This document shows, in pieces, positions 43,264 through 56,874 of a stretch of DNA of 64,000 bases (the stretch's first letter is position 1; each line of letters opens with the position of its first letter). The stretch lies in assembly GCF_963853765.1 (NCBI RefSeq), contig NC_088854.1, forward strand, positions 9,920,001 through 9,984,000. The letters are read 5' to 3'. This DNA comes from Magallana gigas. Lineage: Eukaryota. The position numbers and the translations under genes were made by a program. A model generated the notes under the pieces. That model was not told the DNA's origin. It ran no database searches and saw only the letters and a list, made by a program, of their open reading frames with translations.

Positions 43264-44112
43264 ACAAATGTTTTGGATATCAATCAGGTCAGTCTCTTAA
43301 AATGATGTTTAAATTTTAAATGGGAGATGGGAGTGGCAACTTAATCGCTTTAGTATTGGCAAAATCTATTCCTTATAATAAGTAAGGTCATCTTGTCATA
43401 TATATATATTTACATGTATCTCACTATTACGAGCGACAACACATTCGAATTATTTCGAGATACAAGACACTATAAAACAAAAATTCTGTTTATCGGCGAT
43501 GAAAGAGTAGACTCGATATTGTTCATGAATTATACTTGCATTGACAATTTTCCCCATCTACAAACTATTTGATATGAAATTGCATCACCCAGAATAAATG
43601 ATGAAACCAGAATTATGAAAAGTTTACTCAACTGTTAGGCATTATAACCATGCTGAAGATAGCAGCCGATAACAGCAGCCATTAAGCCAGTAGAAGCTAA
43701 CGGCAAATAAAGAAAATCATCAAAGTACTGAGAGTACTCGATCAGAAAAAATATTATACTTTATCATCGGCATGCTTTCATTAATATCAAGATGATTAAT
43801 GCATCAATAATTTTTAGGAGCATTGACAACTTCGCAGGCAGTAAAGATCGCCTGGATAAGAAATATAAATGCGTCTTGTGATCAAAACCAAGGGAGATAA
43901 AAAACCCTCGAAACCACCTGGTGGTATCCGTTCAGCCCAAATTTGAGACCTGAAAATAATAGCCCTATAGATCTCCTGCACCGCCCTGTAATTCGTTTGA
44001 TGTACACTTTAAAGAAAAGGGGATAACGGCCCACCATTTACCACAATATCGTTGTGAAAAGTTAAAAAAATGACAAAGTTCAAATGACCTAAATGGACAC
44101 ATTTAGATTGGT

Positions 44113-44694
44113 AAAGGACTAAGTGCGGTTTTATGCAATTTTTGCCCCCCAAAATCAAAGTTTTAGAAAGAGCTTTAAAATAAGGTGAAAGATAGTTAAA
44201 ATCATATTGGAAATAAAGGTGTAAAAGGTTATCACCACAGTGACGTCATAATGTAGAAATGACGTCATGAATATTGCATTATGTTGATAAATTGATGTTT
44301 TGTAGCAAAATATGGGTGTTTTCCGATGGTTATTCGACTGGGAAACATCGAGCGCAGGCTTGCTCAAGTACCATTTTTTAGTATAATATGTATAACTATC
44401 TGAAGAAAAACATATGTTAAAATCGCACTTGAGCAGACCTGCGCTCTATACTTCCGAATGCAAAATATAGAGCAAAAATGAGAATATCTTCATTTGTTTG
44501 CAAATTTGCGGGAATTAGGTCATTTAGGTGACGTCATAGATAAACAGGGAGTGAGCAATGATGACTAAAATCATTATTAAAGTTATAGGCATCCTCTCTA
44601 CAATGATTTGTGAAGATTTCATTTTTATACGATACTATTTAAAAATTGGCTGAAATCGGGGGGAGATATTTGACCATACCGCACTATGTCCTTT
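44113..44694. mobile_element. Kolobok-like non-autonomous element, about 580 bp
   Basis: AAAGGACTAAGTGCGGT / ACCGCACTATGTCCTTT imperfect TIR. TTAA TSD not intact. Confidence 0.55.
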
Positions 44695-45030
44695 GCCGAT
44701 GCAATTGTAAAATCGCGATAAAATAATTTATAAAAGTTTAGCAAGCTGTGCATAAGATTTGTTGACCAAAAATAGTTTTATATTTCATATTGCACGATTG
44801 TATCTGAAACAAAATGATTAAAGAATACCAAAAGACATTGTTTTCTACTCAGTTATCCCTAAGTACTAGAAATTAACAATGAAAAATGACATATTTGCAC
44901 TTTATTTTCCATTCATAGTCTACCAAACTTCGTGACTGGAATTTGACCTAATAAAAATAGTGATAGATTATACAAACAGCTAAGATTAGATATAGAAACA
45001 AAGGAAACACATATCTAAGGTTATACAATT

Positions 45031-45380
45031 TTATATCACCTTAGCCGAAAGCTCAAATGAGTTTTTCTGATAAACATTTGTCTTCTTTTAATTTTGTCGT
45101 AGTCATCGTTGTTGTTGTCGTCGTTTTAAACTTTTTGAATTTACGTCTTCCCTTACAGAATCACTAGGTCAATTTTAACCAACTTTGCACAGATCACTTT
45201 TTACCTTTTTACCAAGAACCGGTTGAAACTTATGTGTAAACATCTCTATGTTGTTTTGATTCTAGTTTGTTCAAATCTTGGCCACCAAGGAGTAGGATGG
45301 GGCATCAACGGATGATCAATATTTTACATATTTGTAAAGTGTTGCACAAATGAGCGATGTGACCCCTGGGCCTCTAATTT
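45031..45380 (+). mobile_element. Degenerate Helentron/HINE element
   Basis: TCACCTTAGCCGAAAGCTCAAATGAG 5' block, (GTC/GTT)n microsatellite, and 3' TGAGCGATGTGACCCCTGGGCCTC block. Confidence 0.6.
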
Positions 45381-46509
45381 CGTGAACTTGTGGTGTTTAA
45401 AAAATGGTAAAAAAGTAAAAAAGCTGTTGAAAAAAGTTTGGTTTCTTATATAAAATGTCTTTAAAAAGTCAATTTTGTGCTGAAATTTTTTTTATCAGAT
45501 AGCCACCCCCCCCCCCAAAAAAAAACACGCATAAAAAAATAAATTTTGAAGATTAAATATAGAAGACTTTATCTTTACCATGCATAGCTTCATTCTGAAA
45601 GTGCATGAAACCCCCTCACATTGATTAAGAAAATAAAAACAAGATACGCGTGGACCACATCGCATACCTAAGTTCATAAAGCACTGGCAAGAACACGAAA
45701 ATACACTGCTAAATAAAAGAATTACGTATATTATTCTATTTCAACACAAAACATGTAGGACACTGATCACGTGAATATCATTGTTTTGCTGCTTTGATTT
45801 GCTAACTCTGTTAAAATTACTGATTTGATTTTATGATGCTTTGATGTATTTTATCTATGACATCAAACATGATTTGTTAGATTCCACCGTACTTTACGGC
45901 TCTTAAGTAGTCATTGTCACAAATACTGTTTTAGAGAGACTGCAGTAATCGGGATTTATTTTATTTGCTCGTAACAGAGAAACATTTTAAAAATCTAAAA
46001 AGAGGATAGGTGCACTGCATATCACAGTATCCCCCATTCAATAGTAAGAAAGAGTTCGTGAATTTTAAAGTGCACACCCTCGCAGAAAAAAAAAGATTTT
46101 TTGATGTTGCATTTTATGAATTTAAGAGTCTAAAACGGTAATTTTGAAGTATGTATTTTAATGAGTTTTTTGGGCTCATCATAAATCAAAGCCAATGTTC
46201 TGACTGATTTTAAGTATATTGCTTTCTATTGAAATTTTATCAAATTTGACTTTAAAGTCAGTATATTCAGTTTTTAAGCAGGAAAAAAAAACTTATTTTG
46301 TCAAAAAATTAATAATTTCAGTAAAAACAAGGTAAAAGAGTGGCAATGATATTAGTATATTTTGCGAAGGACATTCTAGTGTCTTTACCTTTGAAAAATA
46401 ACAAATATCTATTAAGTAATTAAGTAATAAATGAGTTCCATCATCCTGTTCCTTCTTAACTGAATTTGATTTAGTGGCTCTAACGAAGAAAAATAACACC
46501 CCTAATGCA

Positions 46510-46862
46510 ATATATTATATTGAACAATATTGTAGAATATGATATGATGTTGTGTTGAATCATGTGATACGATATTGTAGAATATGAAATTGTATTATAT
46601 CATATGATACAATATTGTATCATATGAAACGATATTGTATACTATTATAAAATATGATATAGTAATGTATTATATGATGCAATATTTTATAACATGCATG
46701 ATATGTATCCCAAAATCTTATTTTTATATCATATAATATGATATTGTATCATACTAATTATATGATATTGTATCATGATTTAATATTGTTATGTGTAATA
46801 GGTTACATTATGGTATTGTTCCGTATGATACGACATTGTATTGGATAATATGTTATGATAAA
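46510..46862. repeat. Degenerate pentanucleotide array (ATATG/ATATT/ATGAT)
   Basis: 5-bp periodicity visible over about 350 bp. Confidence 0.75.
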
Positions 46863-46950
46863 ATCTTCCTTCTGTATGTATAATTTTCCTGCCATCCATC
46901 TTTCTTTCCTAGATATTTTTTTAATGGAGTGATTTTCACATTTTGGTTTG

Positions 46951-47365
46951 TTATTATATCATTAAGAGTGCAATTGCAACGCTTAATGATAAAAATGTTT
47001 GCATCATTAGGGGTTGACCTTGTAGCTTTTTGCTTGTTTCATTAAGTATTAGGTCTGCTTTGCATTCTTGACGCTTAATGATAAAATTGTATCATCAGGC
47101 GGCGATTTATCATTAATGGTTGATATTGTCAACTGTTAATGCAAGAATTTATAGCATTAGGGGTGGCAATTGCAACGCTTATTGATATTTGAATCATTAA
47201 TCGGCGTTTTATCATTAGAGGTTGATACAAAGCTTAGTCCGGACTAAATCAGGGACTAAACCTCAAAACCAGACTAAGTTGCGTTTCACAAGGCGTAAAC
47301 TTAGTCGGGACTAAATTTGGGTTTAAAATTACGCCTGCTAATGGGTAGGCGTAAGTCCTTAGTCT
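46951..47365 (-). mobile_element. Harbinger-like non-autonomous repeat, right (inverted) copy
   Basis: Inverted copy of 40023-40314, continued by TTAGTCC(G/C)GACTAA-type motifs. Confidence 0.55.
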
Positions 47366-48818
47366 GTGTACAAAAATGGCAAGTGTTTTGTTTCTAACGT
47401 AAAATAAACAGAGAATTTTAATTTTTGGTTTGTTTTACGTGTTATCAAGGAAAACATTCACATTTATTGAAATATTTGTACATGTACGTATAACATTAAA
47501 AATACCTATTATTCCATAACTGTTCCTATTTCTAAATAAATTAAAATTAAATCAATTTGATAAATAATGGGCTTACCTTATTAAACGTATGTAATATACA
47601 TTACTACTTGTAATGAAATTTGCCTAAAGTATAAAGAAATAAAGATGGGTATACTCCGATAAACGACATAAACACAATAATGAAAAAGATGCAATAATTC
47701 TAAATTAAACACGTATTCCCCAACAAGATAGATGTATATAATACGAATAGATTATTGATTTTTAAATCAACACTCAGTAAGCATAGACTTGAATTTAATG
47801 TTTCAAATCAAATTTGAACCTATGAAATGAAACTGAGTTCAAACTATTGAGAATACTTCTTTGAATAGGAGCAACTCAAAACGTATACAATTGTAATTTG
47901 TCATTGCGTGTGGTTGTATGTTCTTTACCTATATTACTTACAACTTTACAACACATATGCATTCTCATTTTATTTACTCCTAGAATCTTTACAACACCGT
48001 ATGAAAGCTACATGTATTTTGAATGTTTATGAACTTGCATTTAGATACAATCAATTTTTGTTTGTTAAAATATTACTTAAAAATATGTTTTAGAAGCATG
48101 CAGAATGTGTATCAATTTTAGATCTATTGACAAGAGTGTGTCAAGGTTCTTGAAAATTTTAAAATTTCACATGCACACTCCTTGAATTTTTGGAAATCAA
48201 ATTCATTAATCTTAATAATTCTAGGATTAAGTGATTAATTGCGTAAATATTTAACATCGATTGTATTTCTTTTAAAATAGGTATTGTTTACACATGTACC
48301 ATCAATGATCTTCGTGCATATGCATATGTGTAGTTTATTTGTACTCATTTAACTGAATTAATCTTTAATTACTTGAACTCATGATAATTTTGTTTTATCA
48401 TATTTAAGATGTATGTGTATCAGGGGACGGTTTTTTTTTATTTCCAAGTTGTTGACTTGCAATACAAAAGCGTTGTTTTAGCAATTTTACAGCAGTGTGC
48501 ATTATTTACAAATTTAACTAGCTTTCATTTGTCATACTTATTATATAAACAATTGTATACACACCCACCTTGACAACCCAAAGCAGATAGGAAAAAAGTA
48601 AACCTCAAATGTACTTGTTCAAACCGTAAAGATGCAAAATGTCTTATCCGGAGGGCGATAGGGGACTTTTATAAACCTTTTATTTGAATAGCGATAGCTG
48701 ACGCTTTAGTGTTTTGTTTATAAATGTTGATTAAAAAACAGGTGTGTTCCTTTAGTAGCATTTTTCCGCTTTTCACCTCAGTAGGAGCTGGTCAAAGGAA
48801 CAGGTTCCTTCTATTTAA

Positions 48819-49287
48819 AGGGGCATGGTCACGATTTTGGTCAAATTTTATTTTTCTGTTTTTATTATTTGCAATGCTTTAGGAATGCATTTCTAATGAT
48901 CAAATAAAATTTGGGTGCCAGTCGTTGAGTTTTAAGCAAGATACAGGGCTCACAATTCTTCGTCATGTAAACAATGCACGTGTCTTGTTTTTGTTTACAT
49001 AGGTTCAATATACAAGTAAAAATCTTTTTAAAGCTGGTTTGTCTATCTTATTATTCATTTAAAGCATAAATAAACAGCTCCTAATGATTAACACATTTAT
49101 TTTAGGTCTAAAACTGGAATTTTCACTTCAACATTCGAAATGTTAACAAACGTTTTGTTTACATAGCGAAGAATTGTAAGCTCTGTAACTCGCTTATAAC
49201 TCATCAAATGACACTCAAATTTTGGTTGCCTATTAAAAATGCCTTACTAAAGGATTGTAAACATTAAAATCGAAAAAAATCTTTTTA
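48819..49287 (+). mobile_element. Kolobok-type MITE copy 1 (right TIR missing)
   Basis: TTAA then AGGGGCATGGTCACGATTTTGGTCAAA. The interior is the reverse complement of copy 2. Confidence 0.8.
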
Positions 49288-49398
49288 AATTCAGTATATG
49301 TTTCAAAAACTTTAAAAATTTCAAATGAATAGTTCATCCTATACTAGTTTAGTAACACTATGTAATCCAATTATGTTTATATCAATCAAGAACATTAA

Positions 49399-49879
49399 AA
49401 GGGCATGGTCACGATTTTGGTCAAAAATTATTTTTACGATTTTAATATTTACAATGTTTTAGAAAGTCATTTTAAATAGGCAACCGAAATTTTAGTGTCA
49501 TTTGTTGAATTATATGCGAGTTACAGAGCTAGAAATTCTTCGCTATGTAAACAAAGTGTTTGTTTACATTTTAAACGTTGAAGTAAAAATTCGAGTTTTA
49601 AACCTAAGACGAATGTGTTTAACGTTAGAAACTGTTTATCTATGCTTAAAATAAATACAAAAATAGACAAATAAGCTGGAAAAGATTTTTTTACTTGTGT
49701 ATTGAACCTATGTAAACAAAAACAGGGCACGAGCCTTGTTTACATGACAAAGAATTGTGAGCCCTGTATCTTGCTTATAACTCTACGAATTTTATTTGAT
49801 CATCAGAAATGCATTTCTAAAGCATTGTAAATAATAAAAACATAAAATAGAATTTGATCAAAATCGTGACCATGCCCCT
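49399..49879 (-). mobile_element. Kolobok-type MITE copy 2, complete, 481 bp
   Basis: TIRs AAGGGCATGGTCACGATTTTGGTCAAA / TTTGATCAAAATCGTGACCATGCCCCT with TTAA on both sides. Confidence 0.88.
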
Positions 49880-50029
49880 TTAATATATAACGAAAATAAA
49901 AATGGCGACAAATCACCTTGGCGTACTCCAACGTTACAGCTAAAAAATTCGGAAGATAAGCCATTCATACTGGTTTTTGACTTCACTTCCATATACATGT
50001 TTTTGATATAATTAAAACATTTCCCATTC

Positions 50030-50935
50030 ATTCCATTTTTGATTAACTTGCTCCAAAGACCATTTCTCCAGACAGTGTCGAATGCACGTTTAAAATCAAC
50101 AAAAACACAAAAAAGTTTTTCTTCATTGACATAAGAGTATGGGATAAAAATTGTAGTGTTATTATATGGTCTAGAGTTGAATAATTTTTTCTAAAACCTG
50201 CCTGGCTTTCACTAATAACGTTAATCTCTGATGCATATATCTCTAATCTATTGCTTAATACACAAGTAAAAAGTTTTCCTATGCAACTTATTAATGTTAT
50301 CGGTCTATAGTTCTCACGATGTGTTGGGTCGCCTTTGTTTTTATATATGGGTTTCACAATACCTACAAGCCATTCATCTGGAATAAAACCATTGTTAAAA
50401 ATAATATTAAACAATTTGTTATATAAATGTAGAAATAAAGAAACTGTTGCCGAAATATGTTCATTCAGCACCTCATCATACCCAGCGGCTTTATTATTTT
50501 TGAGTTTCTTTACAGCCTCTAATATTTCTTCATCTCCTATGGTACTGTTAAGAATAGTATCCGACATTTCGATTTCAGCATTTGATAAAAATCATATTCT
50601 ATATTGGGTTCATCGTCATTTTCTTTCACAATCATTAATACCTCTTAAATAATGAAACATATCATTGATATCAACAGCACATTTATTCGATGATTTTGAT
50701 GTATTTAAGATTTTCCAATATTCCTTGAAGTTTGTAGAGCGCAAGTTTTTAAGTTTTCTAGTTAAATACGTTTTATAACTTTTGATGCATTCATCTATTG
50801 TGTGCTTGTATCTTTTACTCATTACTTCAAGGTTGTCTTTGTTTTCAGATAACTGACATTTTTTAAGAATACGTTTAGCCAAGTCAAAGTTCTTCTTTGC
50901 TGTTTTTCATTCTCCATTGAACCAACACTATCAGA
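50030..50935 (-). mobile_element. LINE fragment (linker plus RT N-terminal region)
   Basis: ORF 50043-50567 reads KLKNNKAAGYDEV...NYRPITLISCIGKLF...QAGFRKNYSTLDHI. Frameshifted. Confidence 0.88.
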
Positions 50936-51883
50936 TTTAACATGTATACTTATTTCATATTTCAAACAAAACATCATTACAGGCTCGTAAAGTATGGGAA
51001 GGGGTCAGGACGCCATGTTTTTGATCGATTACTTATATTCTAACTTGAATTAAATGTAACAAATAAAAACCTGGATAATTAATCTCCATCCAACAAAAAA
51101 TTCACAGTGTGGATTTGGCCAAAACTGGATTTGCCTTGGTGCTCGCCTGTTAGAAAATGAATACATACTTTCTCTTATTGAATGATAGGGTCTTTCAATT
51201 CGCAGCCTCTATCATTCAATAAAGAATCAAACATTCGTTATGCAAACAAATATGAGACCACAAACAAAAGCCATCACTGCAAGCAGCCGCCTTGGTTTTT
51301 CGTGCTAGACTCAATCTAAAAAGATTAAACATAATGTATGAAATCTTCTGTCCATCTACTCCTACATAGAGACTGTCGATTGTTTGTTCTTTTGCTATGA
51401 TGGACCAGAATATCTATTTTATTTCAAGAGAAGGGCGATTGTTAAAAAGAGGCCCAGATAACATATAGCTCACTTGAACCAAGAAATATTACTTGTTGGT
51501 TATTAATAACATGAACTCTGTCTTTCTTTTCATTTGTTTTTGTTAGAGTTTATATTAAATCAAATTATCGAGATTAAGTCCTTTGCATGGATATCTCAGT
51601 ATCAATTTGTGCAAGATACAGCACTTGATTTACAACTTTGAAGAGTTATGAACTAGCACTGTAACTGAAACAAACTACACCTATCATGGATTGTGTTATT
51701 AAGCATATTTTATACAGTTGTACCCTTACATTTCTTTGCAAAAAGTTTGACCGTGTTTTGGTCTAGTCTACCACGAGCGTGTCTGTAGTTCCCGTATTTA
51801 TATCTTGACTTTATTATTGATTTTAAAACAGGACTAACACTAACCGATCATTTTTATCCTGGGTGTACCTTTTTTTACATTAA

Positions 51884-53071
51884 GGTGGCTCTATACACCC
51901 ACAGTTTATTCCAATTTTCAATAGAAGACCACAAAACATATACTTATCAAATGTTAAAATGATGATAGGGATACCATAGGTATTTTGAAAGAATTTTTAA
52001 ATGTTTTTTCGTGTTTTTGTAAAATATTTTTTAAAAAGTTATCTATTAACAAATTGAGAGAATTTTTTTTGTCATATGATGGATATTTTCTTCGGACACA
52101 TAAAAAAATATAAAACTTCGTAACATTCAAAAATGTTATTATTGCAATATTTTTTAGCATTTCCCCAAAACATAATTTTTCATATTTTCTTACTCTGTTG
52201 ACAAATCATCTGAAAAAGTTGCTCGATGTTTTAAGAAAATGTATTTTAATAAATGTGACATAAAAAATTGAATAAAAATCATTGCAAATAAACACAAAAA
52301 ATATTTTCAATTTTATTTGGTATGAAAGTTCCTCAGGTAAGGGTTATCGTTCCTAAGTCCCAAGGCCTAAACACCTTGGGGACTTTTCATTTCTGAGTCG
52401 AAGAAAATTTCCTAAATATAATGTTGGAATGATAAATACATATATTTCATTATAGTCCTGTATAAGTGAATATATTTGCTTTAATGCAAAACTAAGTCAA
52501 ATAAATAAAGGGGAAAATTAACTAGGCTAATAGGATTTATGTATCCCAACCTGAGAGAAATTCAAAGCAACCCTCCCATCCCCTTAAGGTGGTAAGGAAC
52601 ATCTGTCGATATTAATGTGCATTAAAGAATATTATCCCATTGAAATACTTTCACCGGTTTAGAATTTTCTTTCACAGTATTCAACCAAAAAATACGTTTT
52701 AGAAAATTTTGGAAAGTTAAAAGAATTATTGCTCTCAACGGGAATCGAACTCATGACCTACTGGTTTGTAGTGAACCCACTAACCCACTGCGCTTCGGTG
52801 TAACATATCGATGATGGGAAAAATTATACTTGATTTTATTGTTTATTTCGATAAATAATACCACACAACGTATAGGTGTCAAATACCACATTACTTGTAA
52901 GCAATGAATTTTCCAATTAATTCAAATTAAATATATTCATTTAACATTTTTTTCAAAACAGCGGTCCCCATACAATTCGCCTCAGTTTAAATCAGCCAGT
53001 ACCGGAATTGCATGCTTCCAGACTTACTTTTTTGCGTTCTGTGTCATCAAAAGGTGGTGTATAGAGCCACC
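51884..53071. mobile_element. Kolobok-type non-autonomous element, 1188 bp including a nested MITE
   Basis: Perfect 16-bp TIR GGTGGCTCTATACACC with TTAA TSD at 51880-51883 and 53072-53075. Confidence 0.88.
52588..52890. mobile_element. Nested Kolobok-type MITE carrying a tRNA-derived core
   Basis: TTAA|GGTGGTAAGGAACATCT ... AGGTGTCAAATACCACA. Minus strand has A-box-like AGCGCAGTGGGTTAG and B-box GAGTTCGATTCCC at about 52738-52795. Confidence 0.7.
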
Positions 53072-53654
53072 TTAAGATGCACCATATTTTCCAATATTGA
53101 CTGATTCTATTTTATGTTCCACACCCTTACGCATTTATAGTTTTCAGGAATTTTCAACAAATTAGAGATATTATTTTTTGACCCCCTCGCCCCTCCCCAT
53201 AAAAATAGCAAATCAAAATATATTCAGACACGATTTGTCTGGTTTGGGCGGAGTTTTCTTTTGAGGACAAAAGCAAGGTAAACGTGAACTTTTTATCGTT
53301 TGCCAGGTATAAAATGAATTGTAAAAACCCTTGTTGCTAAGTGAATCTTAGTTTATTGATTCATGTATCAACTCTTATTGTCAACCAATTTTATCGATTT
53401 AAATTATTAATACTGGGGGATACCCTGTTTAGAATCTAAGCGTATTTCATGTTTTAATGGTCTAACACCAAGCATGATGAACATCGTGACAGAAACAAAT
53501 CGACCATAGGTTCTGATGGGATAAAAAGCGGTGTTTTTTTTATTAAGTCGCTAGGACAGAATTTGTTTTCATGCAGTGCAGACTTTATAATAATTGCTGA
53601 TGATCTGGTCTCTGCACATTTTATTTTTTGGAGTGGGGGGGGGGAGGTGATGAG

Positions 53655-53830
53655 AGGCGGATCCAGAATTTGAAGTAAGAGACAGCGCCAATTATAGAAA
53701 GGGGGTCTGGGGGCAGCCTGAAGGCCCCAGGTGGGTCCATTGTAAAGCCCTGGTGGGGCACAGGTGGCAAGGCCTACGGAAGCGTCTGGATTCTACATAT
53801 TTTGCGGGGTAAAAATGAAGTCTTCAAAGT
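53655..53830 (+). mobile_element. GC-rich MITE fragment (GGCGGATCCAGAATTT start)
   Basis: Abrupt GC-rich block with a terminus typical of hAT-like MITEs. The other end is not identified. Confidence 0.4.
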
Positions 53831-55077
53831 TAAACTTTTGATGTGATTTTTTCGGTGATTTTACTTGAAAGTAGTATAATTACAAATGTTTAAATGTTTT
53901 ATAAATGTTTGTGGTTTTAAGACCTGTAGCAATCCCATCAAAAGCCTAAGTCCTGAAGAAATATAATAATTTTTCTCTTAGGAATAACGGGAATCAACCA
54001 GTTTAAAAATGAATTGGATGATGTAAATGAAGTTTTAAAAAAGGGCACCGAAAAGCGGACCATTCCCTGGCGACATGAAAAATTGTGGGGGATATGCATT
54101 AGGAATTTACATGTAATTGAGGAGACCAAATTGTTTTGTAGGAAACATTATGCATATATATATATATACATGTATATATATATATATGTATAGATCGGAG
54201 TAACTATGACACAAAGATTTATTTTTTTAAAAACACTTTGAATTAATAATAAGTAATATCTATTTTATCTCTAGCCCTAAATTCTTTGGTATATATATAT
54301 ACTTAGAATTCGAAAATATTACCTGCAGAAGTTACATTGCTTATTTATCAACAATCACTGCACTGTCGAATCAAGAATGTATTTATTGTATGATGAATTG
54401 GTCAGAAGTTGATGTGGCTGCAGAATAAAAGTTCTGTTTGGAGAGTATTTAAGGAATTTTATCGGAATTTAAGGATGTAAGTAGCGTGTGTTTGATGTGA
54501 GATTTTAAAAGATTAGTGCGAATGTTTCTCGACTTGTTGCAATACTGCTGTTGTCATCGGCAAAATCCCATCGTGATCCCTGGACCGGTAAATGTCCGAG
54601 TAAAAATTAACTGGCGAATTGGAGAGAATAATGACATATATCTCCGCTATTTTAAGACCCATCAACTTGAAATTCGGCATGAGTGTATCTTAGACATTAC
54701 TTTTCTGAAAAATACATGCATATTGCAAGTGTTGTAAAAAATAATTGATTTATAAGGCTTTTGAAGCGAGCTGGTAGTTTTTTATCTGGGTCAGAGTTAG
54801 ACCCCTTTCTTTATTTATGGTTTCATTGAAATTAATGTTAAAACGGGCTTGGCCACTGTGACTGTGATAAACAAAATATTTGATATTTTTAAATATGACT
54901 GTAAAATTATTTGTTGCGGTTTGTTCAATATTTATGCCAATTTTCACTGATATCCGTAACCTAGATAGAAAACTATCTGGGTTTTCTCAATAATTTCCCA
55001 ACAACCCTCGTAAAAATCGAACTAAATTTTTAGTAGACCATTTAAAAACATAACAGGGCACATTTTTGTGAGACTAA

Positions 55078-55133
55078 AAACAAAAACAAAACAAAACAAA
55101 AATAAAAACAAAACAAAACAAAAAACAAAACAA
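55078..55133. repeat. (AAAAC)n microsatellite
   Basis: Imperfect pentamer run. Confidence 0.85.
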
Positions 55134-55172
55134 TTTAATAAAAAATTGCAAAAGATTTTTTTTTCCAAATTG

Positions 55173-55380
55173 TACGAAAGCCCATTGAGCTCATTTTCGT
55201 AGGTAAATTTTTTTTTCGCGAATAAGCGCGAAATTTCGCGAATAAACGCGTTACTTTCGCAAATAAACGCGTCACTTTCGCGATTAAACGCGAAACTTTC
55301 GCGAATAAACGCGTTAGTTTCGTTTATTCGCGAAAAACATATTTTTTTACCTACGAAAATGAGCTCAATGGGCTTTCGTA
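55173..55380. mobile_element. Palindromic MITE, 208 bp, with internal CGCG-rich minisatellite
   Basis: 35-bp perfect TIR TACGAAAGCCCATTGAGCTCATTTTCGTAGGTAAA, TA termini, and internal about 21-bp TTCGCGAATAAACGCG.. units. Confidence 0.88.
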
Positions 55381-56874
55381 GAATTGAAATATGATACTTA
55401 TATGGTGATTTTGAATTAAAATCATGTAAAAAATGACAATTTAATCGACTTCGATTTTACGGGGGAATATGTCAAAGTGCGGTGTGTAGTCATTTTTCTT
55501 CAATTTTTCATGAGAGAGAAGTACTGCGCAAACTGTAGGGTAAAGGTTATGAACATGTATATTATTTTGAGGTTGATTTATGAAGCAAAACAACTATTAG
55601 ACTGCTAAACATTTTTTTTTTATGATGAAATACCCCAAAAACACAGAGACAGTCTTACTATTTAATTTTTAAAAGGGTATTAAAGCGGATCGGCATGTAA
55701 ATGATTTGTTACCTGGCTCAAACTCTGTTAAAGCAATATGAGCTGCAATTTTCATGTTGAATTTTTTTCTTACGAAAAGGCGGTTTTCTTCTTAAATGAC
55801 AAAAAAACATGGTTTTAAATTTCTGTAAGCTGTATTTTTGTGGGAAAAGCCGTTCAGAAGCCTTTATTAGAGCAAAATTGAATTACTGTCGTCCTGTACA
55901 AAAATTGATTTGCTATATATTCCATATAAGAGAAATCTTTCTTCTGACAAAAATTCATGATTTTTTTCAAACTTTATTCACCATTAAAGTTTAAGTCACA
56001 TGCACACTTATCATACTAGCAGGTTTCTGCAGCAAAATAAAATTCTAAACAATACAGCTCATATTGCTTTAACTAATCTATGTAATTTGTTTTAAATAAC
56101 TTGAGCTGATATAAAACTCAGTACAGTACTGTGATACCCCTACAGATATTTGTGCATGTTGAATAACGTTAAAAAGTGCATTGTAGCATGTTTTAAATAT
56201 AGCAAGTTTAGCCACTTCTTGTAATAAAATGTGTGTATTAATGACATAGACCAGTCACCAGCTGTATACATGTATTGGGTTTAATCATAATCGGTTTTTC
56301 ATTGTGTTTTAGTGATTGTGACGTAATATTTAGGATTCGATATTCGTAACAATCACTCCTTTTAGGTGCGCAATATATCTGCGCAAAGCGAATAAGGTCC
56401 GTCGTCCTTAAACCACAGGAAACGCTGTTAAAGGATTATCCGTGTCATCATGTACATGTTCTAGGAAGTAAAAGCAGTATTCCTTCAACTCGCGATAGCA
56501 TTGCAACCAAATGGATTTGCTTGTGTATAGCTTTTTCACTATCAAACACCAGGTGATCGACAGCAGACCTCGTTACTAGTTTCCTTTTAACTCATCCATG
56601 GGCCAACGTACCAGCACACATGTTTAATTCTTTGCTGTTGGCGATCATATTTCCTAATTGACGATATGTAGAAAGAAGCCGAGTGAACTAGAAAAAGCTG
56701 ACAGCTCGTTAAAAACGATTACTGGAGTATAACAACATAAAATAATAATTGATATTTCTGGAGTACTTGATTTCATACCTCGTCATGCCTGTACACCCAA
56801 TTTGAATGAGAGATATCCGTTAGTGCATATGTGTGTACTCTTCCATCACCTTTAAGTTACCGGATGATCAAGAC

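Noticed and set aside
42104-43283. Trp/Pro/Gly/Leu-rich ORFs
   Set aside because: Translations of GGCCA microrepeats in MULE subterminal regions.
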